DNA from: Limnochordia bacterium
GTDB taxonomy: Bacteria; Bacillota; Limnochordia; DTU080
Assembly: GCA_050951545.1 (NCBI GenBank)
Contig: JBMNJG010000003.1
Location: 96,001 to 160,000, forward strand
Reading direction: 5' to 3'
DNA: 64,000 nucleotides
Part shown: positions 11,184-20,800 of the stretch, piece by piece
Position numbering within the stretch: position 1 is the stretch's first letter
Layout of the letters: every line of letters starts with the position of its first letter
The notes under the pieces: generated by a model
Seen by the model: only the letters and a program-made list of their open reading frames with translations
The model's database searches: none
What the model was told of the DNA's origin: nothing
Program-made: the position numbers and the translations under genes

Positions 11184-12206
11184 CTACGAGAACTGGCGCA
11201 GAAAGCGAACATCACTCTCATAGAGTAACCGCATGTCATCAATGCCATAGCGCAGCATCGCTACCCGCTCAACCCCTAGGCCGAAAGCGAATCCAGTCAC
11301 CCGCTCGGGGTCATAGTCGACAGCCTCGAACACACTCGGATGCACCATCCCGGCGCCCAAGACCTCGATCCATCCCTCGTGCTTGCACAGACGGCATCCC
11401 TCGCCCGCACACACAAAGCAGGAGATATCTACTTCAGCACTCGGTTCCGTAAAGGGGAAGTAGCTCGGCCGGAATCGCACACCGCGCTCCTTACCAAACA
11501 GCTCTCTGATGACCAGCGTCAAGACGCCTTTGAGATCGCCGAATGTGACATGCTCATCGACGAGCAGCCCCTCAACTTGATGGAACATCGGAGAATGCGT
11601 CGCATCGGCTGCGTCTACCCGGTACACCTTGCCAGGGGCTATCATCCGTACGGGAGGCTTCTGCGTCTCCATGGTCCTCACCTGAACCGGTGAGGTCTGC
11701 GTGCGCAAAAGTAGATCCTCAGTGATATAAAAGGTATCCTGCATATCCCGGGCAGGGTGGTGCTTCGGTTCGTTTAAGGCCTCGAAGTTATAGTAATCAG
11801 TCTCCACCTCGGGCCCTTCGACCACCTCAAAGCCCAAACCGACGAAGACCCTTTTGATATCATCCAGCGCCAATGTCAGAGGATGTCGGCTTCCCCAAGG
11901 CACTGGCCGCCCCGGCAATGTAACATCCACCGATTCGGCCAACAGACGCTCCTCCAAGGCGATGTTGTGGAGAAACGCCCCTCGCTCTTCCAGAAGCTGC
12001 TCCACCTCATCACGCACACTGTTTACCAGGCGCCCCATTGCTGGGCGCGCCTGCGCAGATAGCGCACCCATGCCTCGTAGCAGCTGGGTTAGCTTCCCCT
12101 TCTTCCCCAGAATCTCAACACGAACCTCGTCGAGGGCTGGTGTGGATGAAGCCCGTGAAATGCGTTCCCTTGCTATGCTTCTAATCTGCTCGACTTGTTC
12201 ATGCAC
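11184..12206 (-). CDS. pheS: phenylalanine--tRNA ligase alpha subunit
   Basis: HHPARDMQDTFY, FRPSYFPFTEPSAEVD, GFAFGLGVER; GTG start at 12206 after AGGTG. Confidence 0.98.
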   Translation of the reverse strand: MHEQVEQIRSIARERISRASSTPALDEVRVEILGKKGKLTQLLRGMGALSAQARPAMGRLVNSVRDEVEQLLEERGAFLHNIALEERLLAESVDVTLPGRPVPWGSRHPLTLALDDIKRVFVGLGFEVVEGPEVETDYYNFEALNEPKHHPARDMQDTFYITEDLLLRTQTSPVQVRTMETQKPPVRMIAPGKVYRVDAADATHSPMFHQVEGLLVDEHVTFGDLKGVLTLVIRELFGKERGVRFRPSYFPFTEPSAEVDISCFVCAGEGCRLCKHEGWIEVLGAGMVHPSVFEAVDYDPERVTGFAFGLGVERVAMLRYGIDDMRLLYESDVRFLRQFS

Positions 12207-12256
12207 AGCCAGGCTCACCTGCTTTCCCGATCTTTGCAGCGCTTTCGCATACATAA

Positions 12257-12515
12257 CAAAAAGCCACTTCCGTCAAAGGGACGAAAGCAGCTCTCACGTG
12301 GTACCACCCTATTTCTGGCTGCGCAACATGTACACAGCCCTTTATCGGCCTAGAGGATAGCCTACCCTTGTAACGGTGGGACACCGATACCGCCTACTAA
12401 GGATGTTCAGCGGATAGCTCAAGAGCGAACTTCATCCGGACGGTACGCCCGAGGGCTCTCAGTCTGCGACCCTCTTCCCTGTGACTCCTATGCCCGGACT
12501 ACTTCTCTCTTTCAT
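12257..12515 (-). promoter_or_regulatory. T-box riboswitch (Phe, UUC specifier) upstream of pheS
   Basis: AGGGTGGTACCACG T-box (~12297-12310), terminator with U-run, specifier loop GAAGTTCGC (TTC at 12427-12429). Confidence 0.9.
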
Positions 12516-12559
12516 TGCCTTTGGCACGCCAAATACGCGCGTTTTTACTCCCCGGGGTC

Positions 12560-12655
12560 CTAGTTGGCCTGTGCCTTAAGTTGCCTGTAGAGGAGATATG
12601 CGGCTACGGAGCCAGTTGCCTCAAAGATCTTCCAAAACAGCTCAGCGGCAGACAT
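12560..12655 (-). CDS. YqzL-family small protein (31 aa), not in the ORF track
   Basis: MSAAELFWKIFEATGSVAAYLLYRQLKAQAN matches the W..F..TG....YLLY YqzL pattern; purine-rich RBS. Confidence 0.75.
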   Translation of the reverse strand: MSAAELFWKIFEATGSVAAYLLYRQLKAQAN

Positions 12656-12701
12656 ATGAGGGACCCCACCCTTTCGATTGATCTCCGGGTGTGCTGGCCA
12701 C

Positions 12702-12730
12702 ATTATATCATACCGTTTCAGCGTTTACAA
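12702..12730 (-). promoter_or_regulatory. sigma-A promoter for yqzL-pheST
   Basis: TTGTAA-17 bp-TATAAT with extended TG. Confidence 0.65.
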
Positions 12731-12734
12731 CTCG

Positions 12735-13529
12735 TTAACAAGGATCCGCCCCGCGTTGGCGCAGTGACTCATATAAGACGATCGCAGCGGCCACGCCTGC
12801 ATTGAGTGACTCCGCTCGCCCCGGCATGGGTATGTGTACCAGAGCTGGATCAGCGGAACTCCAAGCACGTGCCGGCCCGTGGGCCTCGTTGCCTACAACA
12901 ACCGCCACGGATCCAGTTAGACTCACACCATGGTAAGGCAACGCGCCCGTAGCATCGCACACAATCGTGCGGTAGCCTCTGGCCAGTGCCGCCTCGATAA
13001 CCTCCGAGTAGTCAGCGCTTATCCATAGCGGAGCCGAGTACATGGCCCCTGCACTGGCCCTCACCACCTTGGGGCTCGTGAGATCCACGCAACCAGTTGT
13101 CAGGATCACCGCAGCCCCAACTGCTGCGGCGGTGCGCAGCATGGTGCCGAGGTTGCCCGGATCGGCAATTTGATCAGCAACCAGAACCAAGCGCCCGCCC
13201 TCGAGCACACCTTCTCGCATGTCAGTTGGTGCCGTGGCAACTGCCACCAAACCCTGAGGCGTGACAGTATCACCAATCGTGCCCATTACCCTCTCAGTCA
13301 CGCGGATCAACTCCGCGCCACTTCGCTCCAGCTCCTGCAGCAGTGACTGCCAGCGCCCTGAGGCGGCATCCGTGAAGAAGCAGCTGCCAATACTGGCTCC
13401 CGCCGTCAAGGCCTCAAGAATGAAGCGTCCCCCTTCGATCAAAAGCTCGCCGCACATCTGCCTTTGCCTGCGGTCGCGAAGGGATCTAGCGCTTTTCACT
13501 TTGCTGTTGTGGATGCTGGAGATACTCAT
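12735..13529 (-). CDS. TrmH/SpoU family RNA methyltransferase
   Basis: DPGNLGTMLRTA, VGNEAHG, IPMPGRAESLNAGVAA. Confidence 0.93.
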   Translation of the reverse strand: MSISSIHNSKVKSARSLRDRRQRQMCGELLIEGGRFILEALTAGASIGSCFFTDAASGRWQSLLQELERSGAELIRVTERVMGTIGDTVTPQGLVAVATAPTDMREGVLEGGRLVLVADQIADPGNLGTMLRTAAAVGAAVILTTGCVDLTSPKVVRASAGAMYSAPLWISADYSEVIEAALARGYRTIVCDATGALPYHGVSLTGSVAVVVGNEAHGPARAWSSADPALVHIPMPGRAESLNAGVAAAIVLYESLRQRGADPC

Positions 13530-13534
13530 CTAGC

Positions 13535-13891
13535 CTAGACAAGCTGACTTTTAGCCACTTCAGCTAGACCCGCGAAACCAGAGGCGTCATTGACCGCCAT
13601 GTCAGCCAGCATCTTGCGGTTGACCTGCACCCCAGCGCGCCTCAACCCATTGATGAAGCGGCTATACGAGATGCCATTCAAACGGCAGGCCGCATTGATG
13701 CGGGTAATCCACAGACGCCGAAAATCGCGCCTGCGATTTCGTCTGTCTCGGTATGCATACATCAGCGACTTCATGACCTGCTCGTTGGCTGGTCTATACA
13801 GCTTACTCTGGTGGCCCCTGTAACCCTTGGCGAGCTTGATGACTCTCTTGTGCCGGCGCCGGCCTACTACGCCGCCCTTTGCCCGTGGCAT
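13535..13891 (-). CDS. rplT: 50S ribosomal protein L20
   Basis: [29 protein letters not shown]. Confidence 0.98.
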   Translation of the reverse strand: MPRAKGGVVGRRRHKRVIKLAKGYRGHQSKLYRPANEQVMKSLMYAYRDRRNRRRDFRRLWITRINAACRLNGISYSRFINGLRRAGVQVNRKMLADMAVNDASGFAGLAEVAKSQLV

Positions 13892-13934
13892 CTTCATTAC
13901 CCCCTTGACCGGAAGCTGTCAGAGTCAGCTTCCA

Positions 13935-14132
13935 CTACGTATATGGTAGCATCTTGGCGACACGCTTCGCGTCGTTTTCACTGACCAATGCAGGTTGACG
14001 CAGATTCCGCTTACGTTTTGCAGTTTTCGACCCCATGAGATGACTTCGGAAGGAACTACCCCGCCTGAATTTCCCACTCGCCGTTCTCCGGAAACGCTTG
14101 GCTGCACCTCTGTGTGTCTTCATTTTCGGCAT
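13935..14132 (-). CDS. rpmI: 50S ribosomal protein L35
   Basis: [21 protein letters not shown]. Confidence 0.97.
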   Translation of the reverse strand: MPKMKTHRGAAKRFRRTASGKFRRGSSFRSHLMGSKTAKRKRNLRQPALVSENDAKRVAKMLPYT

Positions 14133-14181
14133 CGTGTTCTGCACCTCCATCCGCCTCTACGCGTAGCTCATTTTCTGTTAC

Positions 14182-14335
14182 GCAAACAGAAAGCGAGCGG
14201 TTTGGCCGCTCGCTTTACACGCAACATCCGTCCCACCATCATCGGCGTGACATGAACGTTTCTGTGCAAACGCCTGCTAGCAACTATTCTATAGCACTGC
14301 AGGGTGAGAAGCAAACGGCCTCTGCTTACGCACAT
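14182..14335 (-). promoter_or_regulatory. L20 ribosomal protein leader (autogenous attenuator)
   Basis: AAGCAGAGG...GCTTCTCACC at the 5' side and TGTAAAGCGAGCGG-CCAAA-CCGCTCGCTTT terminator hairpin, as in Firmicute L20 leaders. Confidence 0.8.
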
Positions 14336-14370
14336 AGTTAAGGGATCTAATCCCCCTCTAATGTCGCCTC

Positions 14371-14400
14371 AGTATATCACGCCTTCCGACCGGTGGTCAA
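14371..14400 (-). promoter_or_regulatory. sigma-A promoter of rpmI-rplT
   Basis: TTGACC-18 bp-TATACT with extended TG. Confidence 0.7.
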
Positions 14401-14403
14401 GCA

Positions 14404-16305
14404 CTACCTGCGCTCGGCAACTTCAGCTGTCACTTGTGCCACAAAGTCGCCCAGAGCCATGGTTCCCTTCTCGCCACCCGCGCGCAAGCGCACAGCTACG
14501 GTGCGTTCCTGTTTTTCCTTTTCCCCTACCACCAGCATATAGGGGATCTTCTGCAACTGGGCTTGCCGGATCTTGTACCCGATCTTTTCGTTCCGGTCAT
14601 CAACCTCTGTACGGACCCCCGCAGCTTGCAGCTGTTTTGCCACCTCCATGGCATAGTCGTTACAGGCATCGCTGATCGGCAAGACTTTGGCCTGTACGGG
14701 CGATAGCCATACAGGAAAGGCTCCTGCATAGTGCTCTACGAGTACGCCGATAAAGCGCTCTAGCGTACCCATGATTGCCCGGTGAATCATCACAGGACGT
14801 TTCTGCGATCCGTCGGCGTCCACGTAGGTGAGATCGAAACGAATGGGCAGCTGGAAATCGAGCTGAACGGTAGCACACTGCCAGGTGCGTCCGATGGCGT
14901 CCGTGACATCGAAATCGAGTTTGGGGCCGTAGAATGCTCCATCTCCAGGATTGAGCTCATATTCTCTGCCCAATGACTCCAGTGCCTCAACCAGCGAAGC
15001 TTCCGCCTGATCCCACAGGGCCAGCTCTCCCATGTAATCGTCAGGGCGGGTCGACAACTTGATCTTGTAGGGCATACCAAACGTGCTGTAGATCACATCG
15101 ACAATCTCCAGCACATCCTTTATCTGCTCGGCGATCTGATCTTCCCGAAGAAACAGGTGAGCATCGTCTTGGTGGAACCCCCGCACTCGCATGGCACCAT
15201 GAAGCGTACCTGACTGCTCAAAGCGGGCTAATGGACCATACTCCGACAGCTTAATCGGCAGATCCCTGTATGACCTAGTCTCTGCCTTGTAGAGCAAACA
15301 GTGCGCAGGGCAGTTCATCGGCTTACAGGCCATAGGCTCCTCTTCATTATCAATAAGAAACATGTCCTCTCTGTAATGATCCCAGTGTCCAGAGCGCTCC
15401 CACAACGTGGAACGCAAGATCCATGGCGTGAAGACTTCTTGGTATCCTCGTGCCGCCTGCAACTGCCTCGAGAAGTCTTCCAATAGGCGATAGAGCGTCC
15501 AACCCTTGGGGTGCCAAAACATGAACCCAGGGGCTTCCTCCCTAAACGCGAACAGATCGAGCTCACGCCCGAGCTTGCGATGGTCTCGTTTGGCAGCCTC
15601 CTCCAGCTGGTGTAGATAGGCGTCCAGTTGGCTTTTCTTTGACCAGGCAGTACCGTAAACTCGCTGTAGCATAATCCCTTGGGCGTCGCCTCGCCAGTAT
15701 GCACCCGCTACAGAAAGGAGCTTAAAGGCCTTCAGACGCCCCGTACTCGGCACGTGAGGGCCGCGGCACAGATCAACAAAATCACCCTGTTTGTAGAGCG
15801 TGATGTGCTTATCCTCGAGCTCCTCCAGGATCTCCAGTTTGAACGGCTCGTCCCGGAACAGCTCCGCGGCCTCATCCCTGCTGACCTCAACGCGGACAAC
15901 AGGCAAGTCCTCTTTGGCAAGCTGCTCCATCTCAGACTCAATGGCTGCGAAATCATCGCTGGTGATGCTCCTCGGACTCTGTACATCGTAGTAAAACCGG
16001 TTCTCCACAACAGGACCGATAGCCAAATGCGTACCTGGATACAGGCGCTGCAGCGCATGTGCCATCAGATGCGCAGCGCTATGGCGCAGGACCTCGAGAC
16101 CCTCAGGTGTGTCAGCAGTGACGATACTCACTCGAGCGTCTTCTTCGATCGGCTGGCTCAGATCGACGAGTTGGCCATTGACCTTGGCTGCTACTGCTTC
16201 ACGAGCCAAGCGAGCACCAATACTACTCGCCACTTCGTAAGCAGTCGTCCCTTTGGGGAACTCCTTCTGCGAACCATCAGGAAGCTGAACCACGACAACT
16301 GACAT
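14404..16305 (-). CDS. thrS: threonine--tRNA ligase
   Basis: TGS domain, RHSAAHLMA, DLCRGPHVP, KPMNCP, GAFYGPKLD; true start ATG 16305. Confidence 0.98.
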   Translation of the reverse strand: MSVVVVQLPDGSQKEFPKGTTAYEVASSIGARLAREAVAAKVNGQLVDLSQPIEEDARVSIVTADTPEGLEVLRHSAAHLMAHALQRLYPGTHLAIGPVVENRFYYDVQSPRSITSDDFAAIESEMEQLAKEDLPVVRVEVSRDEAAELFRDEPFKLEILEELEDKHITLYKQGDFVDLCRGPHVPSTGRLKAFKLLSVAGAYWRGDAQGIMLQRVYGTAWSKKSQLDAYLHQLEEAAKRDHRKLGRELDLFAFREEAPGFMFWHPKGWTLYRLLEDFSRQLQAARGYQEVFTPWILRSTLWERSGHWDHYREDMFLIDNEEEPMACKPMNCPAHCLLYKAETRSYRDLPIKLSEYGPLARFEQSGTLHGAMRVRGFHQDDAHLFLREDQIAEQIKDVLEIVDVIYSTFGMPYKIKLSTRPDDYMGELALWDQAEASLVEALESLGREYELNPGDGAFYGPKLDFDVTDAIGRTWQCATVQLDFQLPIRFDLTYVDADGSQKRPVMIHRAIMGTLERFIGVLVEHYAGAFPVWLSPVQAKVLPISDACNDYAMEVAKQLQAAGVRTEVDDRNEKIGYKIRQAQLQKIPYMLVVGEKEKQERTVAVRLRAGGEKGTMALGDFVAQVTAEVAERR

Positions 16306-16397
16306 CTCATTCACCCTTCTGAAAATCGAGTTCTGATGCTGGCGGCTACCGACTTTGGTTCGGCGACCGCCCAGGCATTGAGGCGATGCATCTGCAA

Positions 16398-16645
16398 CAA
16401 ACAAAAAAGCACACTCCTGGGACGAGTATGCCTCGCGGTTCCACCCGGGTTGACGAAAGAACCTTTCGCCCGCCTTGTGCTGCGGCATGGTATCGGACCG
16501 CTTCCGGTATCCTTACTTAGCTTTGCGCTTTTCGGACTACAGCTTAGAGGTGGTTTCGAGGTTACCTTACTCAACCAGGCTTTCAGCCAACGGCCCAGTC
16601 TCTCTTGGAGAGGTATGCTCCCCGACAGATCCTCATCATCGCCTT
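16398..16645 (-). promoter_or_regulatory. T-box riboswitch (Thr, ACC specifier) upstream of thrS
   Basis: CGGGTGGAACCGCG T-box (~16434-16447), terminator with U-run, specifier GAAACCACCTCT. Confidence 0.9.
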
Positions 16646-16661
16646 GCAGTATGTGGCACTT

Positions 16662-16690
16662 ATTATAGATCCCTGCCCTCAGCCTGTCAA
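16662..16690 (-). promoter_or_regulatory. sigma-A promoter of thrS
   Basis: Perfect TTGACA-17 bp-TATAAT. Confidence 0.85.
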
Positions 16691-16693
16691 TCC

Positions 16694-17299
16694 CTAACGC
16701 CAGGCGAGAATAAGGGCCGCCTGTATGACGCCGATCACGAAACCGAGAAGGGCGCCAAACACCTCAATGTAGCGCAGCTCCTGTCCACTAATACTGAGCA
16801 CCATCTTCTCGAGCTGATCAAGATCGAGCGCCATTACCTTTTCGAAAACGAGCTCGCCGACATGCAGATCCTGTTTGATACGCCCTCGCAGGTTTTCTGT
16901 GGCCGCCGCGACCATCTGAGAGGCTTCCCGACCTGCCATTTCGCACACGAAGGTGGCAATCGTGTCCTGCACTGGCAAAGGTAGAAAACCAGGCAGCACA
17001 GCTCGAACACGCTTGTCCACATGATCAGCAATGCTTCCAGTGATCGCGTCGTGATACTCGCCCGTATCGAACCTGTCCACCAAGCTATCGACCGGAAGCA
17101 AGTCTTTCTCAACGATGTCGCCGATGGCCCTGGCAAGATCGGCATGACGACGGGGGATAAGCCCCTGAAACGTAAGACTGGTACCAGGAATAACCAAGGG
17201 ACGACGCGGCCGAAAAAGCATACGAATGGCGATCACGTTCGTGAGATAGCCAATGAGGGCCCCTACAGTAGGCAACACTAACCACTCGGCGCTCAACAA
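16694..17299 (-). CDS. DUF445 (YheB-like) membrane protein
   Basis: GALIGYLTNVIAIRMLFRP, QGLIPRR, ELRYIEVFGALLGFVIG; start approximate. Confidence 0.88.
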   Translation of the reverse strand: MLSAEWLVLPTVGALIGYLTNVIAIRMLFRPRRPLVIPGTSLTFQGLIPRRHADLARAIGDIVEKDLLPVDSLVDRFDTGEYHDAITGSIADHVDKRVRAVLPGFLPLPVQDTIATFVCEMAGREASQMVAAATENLRGRIKQDLHVGELVFEKVMALDLDQLEKMVLSISGQELRYIEVFGALLGFVIGVIQAALILAWR

Positions 17300-17373
17300 T
17301 CCACGTCGCCTCCAGGTGATAGTATTGCCACTCGTATTCTCAGCGCAGACACAGACCTCCTGCCCCGCCTGCA

Positions 17374-18267
17374 TCAGTCATGTCTCAGGCCAAGCAATCC
17401 GAATCGCCTCCCTGCCCGCGCGCGTCGGACGCGCCACCAGTGACACCCCTGATGAAAGGTCACTCTCTCTTGAAACACGTCGCGAATCATGCTCATTACA
17501 GGCAGCTCAGTCTCACAGTAGCAATGGAGCTCGACTGGAGCTAGGGTGATGAGCGTACTGACGAGTAGATCGCCAGGGTCAACCGCACCGTCCCGCAGGT
17601 CTGAGACATAGCGTGCCAGATAAGCGTTGTCGACAACGTGCCCCGGCTTGTCCACAAGACGGAAACGCCCGTTCCGCTGCAAAAACACATCGACACGGTC
17701 TACATAGCTGTCGGCTGTCGCCACAAAGTAGCGTAACAGTTGCACGATGTCGTGACGAGTACGCTCGGTGTTCCACTCAGCGATGGCGATGGTGACGGCA
17801 TCGGATACCCGCTGAACATGGTCGTCAAGCCTGAAGCTCGCAAACCCCTCCAGATGCATAAAGTGGTGAGCAGCCAAGTACTCCATTACTCGAGCGAGTA
17901 TTTCTTCGCCAGGCACCCAGGCAGCCTCGGTTAACGTCTTGGTAGCCCGCGTTTGTAACTGGTGGCGCTCACTGGCAGATGCGTCGACAGCCTGGCGCAA
18001 CACCAGTCTCTGCACCCATTGACTTATGAGACTGCTGCGAACAATGCCGGTCACAGCCGAGGCGACATGATAGATCAGAATCTCGTATGCTGGTTCACCC
18101 ATCTCTTCGTAATCACATATGACTCGGATCTCCGTGGGCCATTCCATCTCCCGCCACCGCAGAAGGAGCCCGTCACGAAGCATAAGGGGCATCTGCTGCC
18201 CCAACTGTCTACGAAGAACGGATCCGTGGGATGCTGTGGCGATCACGAGCTCGCCCACCGAGCACAC
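17374..18267 (-). CDS. ytxC: putative sporulation protein YtxC
   Basis: LEGFASFRL, LLRYFV, DLLVSTLITLAP motifs; conserved position upstream of thrS; sigma-E-like GCATA...CATATACT upstream. Confidence 0.8.
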   Translation of the reverse strand: MCSVGELVIATASHGSVLRRQLGQQMPLMLRDGLLLRWREMEWPTEIRVICDYEEMGEPAYEILIYHVASAVTGIVRSSLISQWVQRLVLRQAVDASASERHQLQTRATKTLTEAAWVPGEEILARVMEYLAAHHFMHLEGFASFRLDDHVQRVSDAVTIAIAEWNTERTRHDIVQLLRYFVATADSYVDRVDVFLQRNGRFRLVDKPGHVVDNAYLARYVSDLRDGAVDPGDLLVSTLITLAPVELHCYCETELPVMSMIRDVFQERVTFHQGCHWWRVRRARAGRRFGLLGLRHD

Positions 18268-18400
18268 TCCCCCTTGCTAGCTAGTATATGTGTCGCTGTA
18301 TTGCCCTATGCTTCAGCTAAGCTAGCTGTACTGCAGGAGGCAGTAGCCCCGATCCGGAATGAATAAACGTTCCGCCAATGGTCCGCATGGAGTGAGATGC

Positions 18401-18859
18401 ATGTCCAAGTTCTGGTCGCGTGTGTTGTGGATTCTGGTCGCCCTGGTGTGTGTCGGGATGGTTGTAGTCTGGCTCATTCCCACGCCGGAAAGACCAGGCG
18501 ACGCTTCGCAAGAGGAAAAAGATGCTGTCATTGCAAGACTTGGCGAAGTGCAAGATGACTTACCTTATGCCAAGCTAGGCAAGATCAAGGCGCATCGTAA
18601 CCGGGTAGTCGAGCTTAACGTGACGTGGACCGGAGAGAACCCGCCTGCAAAAGCCGATCGCAATGCCTGGGCAGTAGAAGCCGACCGTATCGCCCTGCAT
18701 GTAGCCAAGAACTACCTTCCGGAAGGCTGGCAAGTCAACGTAGCCCTATGGCATCGACGCCTTCCTAGAGGTGTAGCGGGGCGCACAGCAGGTGCCGACC
18801 CCGAAGGTGGCCCTGCGTGGCTGTTTCAGGGAAGAGAACCTCAACAGGCGGTGAAATGA
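18401..18859 (+). CDS. hypothetical membrane-anchored/secreted protein
   Basis: ORF with an N-terminal hydrophobic segment, overlapping the start of the next gene. Confidence 0.65.
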   Translation: MSKFWSRVLWILVALVCVGMVVVWLIPTPERPGDASQEEKDAVIARLGEVQDDLPYAKLGKIKAHRNRVVELNVTWTGENPPAKADRNAWAVEADRIALHVAKNYLPEGWQVNVALWHRRLPRGVAGRTAGADPEGGPAWLFQGREPQQAVK

Positions 18860-20712
18860 TGCTCAGCAAGTGGTACGCCCATAGGGATCTGCAACGATTG
18901 ATCATCCCGCGCGAGCAGTATCGTCCCTTCCCCACAGTCGCAGAGCGGTGCGCCTGGGAGATCCTACCTGAGAGCCTTCAGACAGGGCTCCTGCAATCTG
19001 CGACCAAGTATCTCGGCTGGCAATGGCCAGCATTGCCGGCAACCCTTTTCATGGAGTTCCGGCGCTGCGGTGACCGTAAGCTCTACGAAAAACCACACTT
19101 CGCTCGGCGCCAGGCTCTGGAGGCTCTGACCGTAGCAGAGTGTGTGGAAGATCAAGGACGCTATCTCGACGACATCATCAACGGCATCTGGTGCATCTGC
19201 GAGGAATCGTTTTGGGGTGTCCCGGCGCATGTCTACTCGAGGGAACCATTACCCGATTCGGCGGAGCCGACTATCGATCTGTTCGCCGCTGAGACTGCAG
19301 CTCTTCTCGCTTGGGCTCTTTATCTGCTACAGCCTCGCTTGGATGCTGTAAGCCCTCTGATTGGCGAACGCATACGCCGAGAGACAAAGACGCGAGTTCT
19401 GGACCCCTTCTTGAACCGCGATGACTTCTGGTGGATGGGCCTATCCGAGCCAGCACGCCGTCTAAACAACTGGACTCCATGGTGTGTCTCTAACTGCCTC
19501 TCAGTGGATCTGCTGCTCGAGGAGGACCCTGAGCGCCGCATTCGTGCCATCGCCAAGGCTCTGCGCATCCTGGATGCCTTCCTTACACCATACCCCGAAG
19601 ACGGTGGCTGCGATGAGGGCACCTCGTATTGGAGCCGAGCAGGCGGTTCTCTTTTCGACTGTCTCGAGCTGCTTTACACAGCTTCAGGTGGCGAAGTGTG
19701 CGTATACCACAACCCACTTATTCAAGATATCGGGCGCTATCTGTACCGCTCATTTATCAGCGGCAACTACTTCGTGAACTTCGCGGACGGTGGAGCAGTG
19801 GTCAACATCGCAGCTGATCTGGTCTACCGCTACGGGCGCCGCATTGACGATCCGTTGCTCCGTGCCCTTGGCTCCAGTGCCCATCATGCGCGCAGAGAAC
19901 GCAGGTCACTACTGCATGGCCCCTTGCTTCGCCTTCTCCCTGCCATCTTCAACTTCTCAGACATCGAGAAAGCCTCCACCCGTCCGCAGTTTGTCAGGGA
20001 CGCCTGGCTTCCCCACATCCAGTTTATGACCGCCCGTGACACATGCTCAGATAAAGGCCTATACTTAGCCGCCAAAGGAGGGCACAATGCGGAAAGCCAC
20101 AACCACAACGATGTGGGTCAGTTCGTAGTGTATGCCAGCGGGCGCCCGATTTTGATTGACGTCGGAGTCGGAACCTACACCGCCAAGACCTTTTCGTCGA
20201 GGCGCTACGAAATCTGGACCATGCAATCCGCATTCCACAACCTGCCCACGGTCAACGGCGTGCAGCAGCAAGCAGGAGAAGCATTTCGTGCGCGGGCGGT
20301 GAGTTATCACAGCGATGACATCTGTGCGGAACTCCGCCTAGACATTTCCTCGGCCTATCCTAAGGCGGCTGGTATAGAGCACTGGCAACGCAGACTACGT
20401 CTCGAACGGCGCCCGAGCCCAGCAATACAGATTTTTGATGAATTCGCTCTATCCACTGTCTCGGCTGACATTGTTCTTTCGCTCATGACCCCACAGGAAC
20501 CACAGATGGTCGGAGCCGATGCCATTTTGCTCGACGAAGGGCGTGCCGTTCTGGCCTTTCGTGGTGAGGGTCTAAGCTCGCGCATCGAGCGTATCAGCGT
20601 CGACGATGAGCACCTAAGAGCGACGTGGGGAGACTATCTCTACAGAGTGCTACTTCAGCCTGACAGAGCTGTCCAGCGGGGTCTGTGGGAATTGCGACTA
20701 ACCGAGGTCTAA
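18856..20712 (+). CDS. heparinase II/III family (polysaccharide lyase-like) protein
   Basis: NNWTPW, DGGCDEGTSYW, KGGHNAESHNHNDVG, WTMQSAFHNLP. Confidence 0.88.
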   Translation: MMLSKWYAHRDLQRLIIPREQYRPFPTVAERCAWEILPESLQTGLLQSATKYLGWQWPALPATLFMEFRRCGDRKLYEKPHFARRQALEALTVAECVEDQGRYLDDIINGIWCICEESFWGVPAHVYSREPLPDSAEPTIDLFAAETAALLAWALYLLQPRLDAVSPLIGERIRRETKTRVLDPFLNRDDFWWMGLSEPARRLNNWTPWCVSNCLSVDLLLEEDPERRIRAIAKALRILDAFLTPYPEDGGCDEGTSYWSRAGGSLFDCLELLYTASGGEVCVYHNPLIQDIGRYLYRSFISGNYFVNFADGGAVVNIAADLVYRYGRRIDDPLLRALGSSAHHARRERRSLLHGPLLRLLPAIFNFSDIEKASTRPQFVRDAWLPHIQFMTARDTCSDKGLYLAAKGGHNAESHNHNDVGQFVVYASGRPILIDVGVGTYTAKTFSSRRYEIWTMQSAFHNLPTVNGVQQQAGEAFRARAVSYHSDDICAELRLDISSAYPKAAGIEHWQRRLRLERRPSPAIQIFDEFALSTVSADIVLSLMTPQEPQMVGADAILLDEGRAVLAFRGEGLSSRIERISVDDEHLRATWGDYLYRVLLQPDRAVQRGLWELRLTEV

Positions 20713-20719
20713 CTACAAT

Positions 20720-20755
20720 AGCAAGGGGTCCTACCTGTCGATAGGACCCCCTGCT
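20720..20755. terminator. intrinsic terminator hairpin (original tRNA operon terminator, likely bidirectional)
   Basis: GGGGTCCTA...TAGGACCCC inverted repeat next to the displaced tRNA 3' end. Confidence 0.7.
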
Positions 20756-20800
20756 GGTAGGGAAGAGCGGACTCGAACCGCTGACCTCCACGATGTCAAC
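20755..20800 (-). repeat. att site: displaced 3' half of tRNA-Val(GAC)
   Basis: GACCTCCACGATGTCAAC (20783-20800) is identical to 31079-31096; the rest forms a T-arm, acceptor strand and CCA. Confidence 0.92.

Noticed and set aside
16306-16488. 61-aa N-terminal extension of ThrS in the ORF track
   Set aside because: Overlaps the T-box antiterminator/terminator; the real start is ATG 16305 with an RBS
20755-20800. Possible extra tRNA gene
   Set aside because: Only the 3' half is present; it is the att duplication
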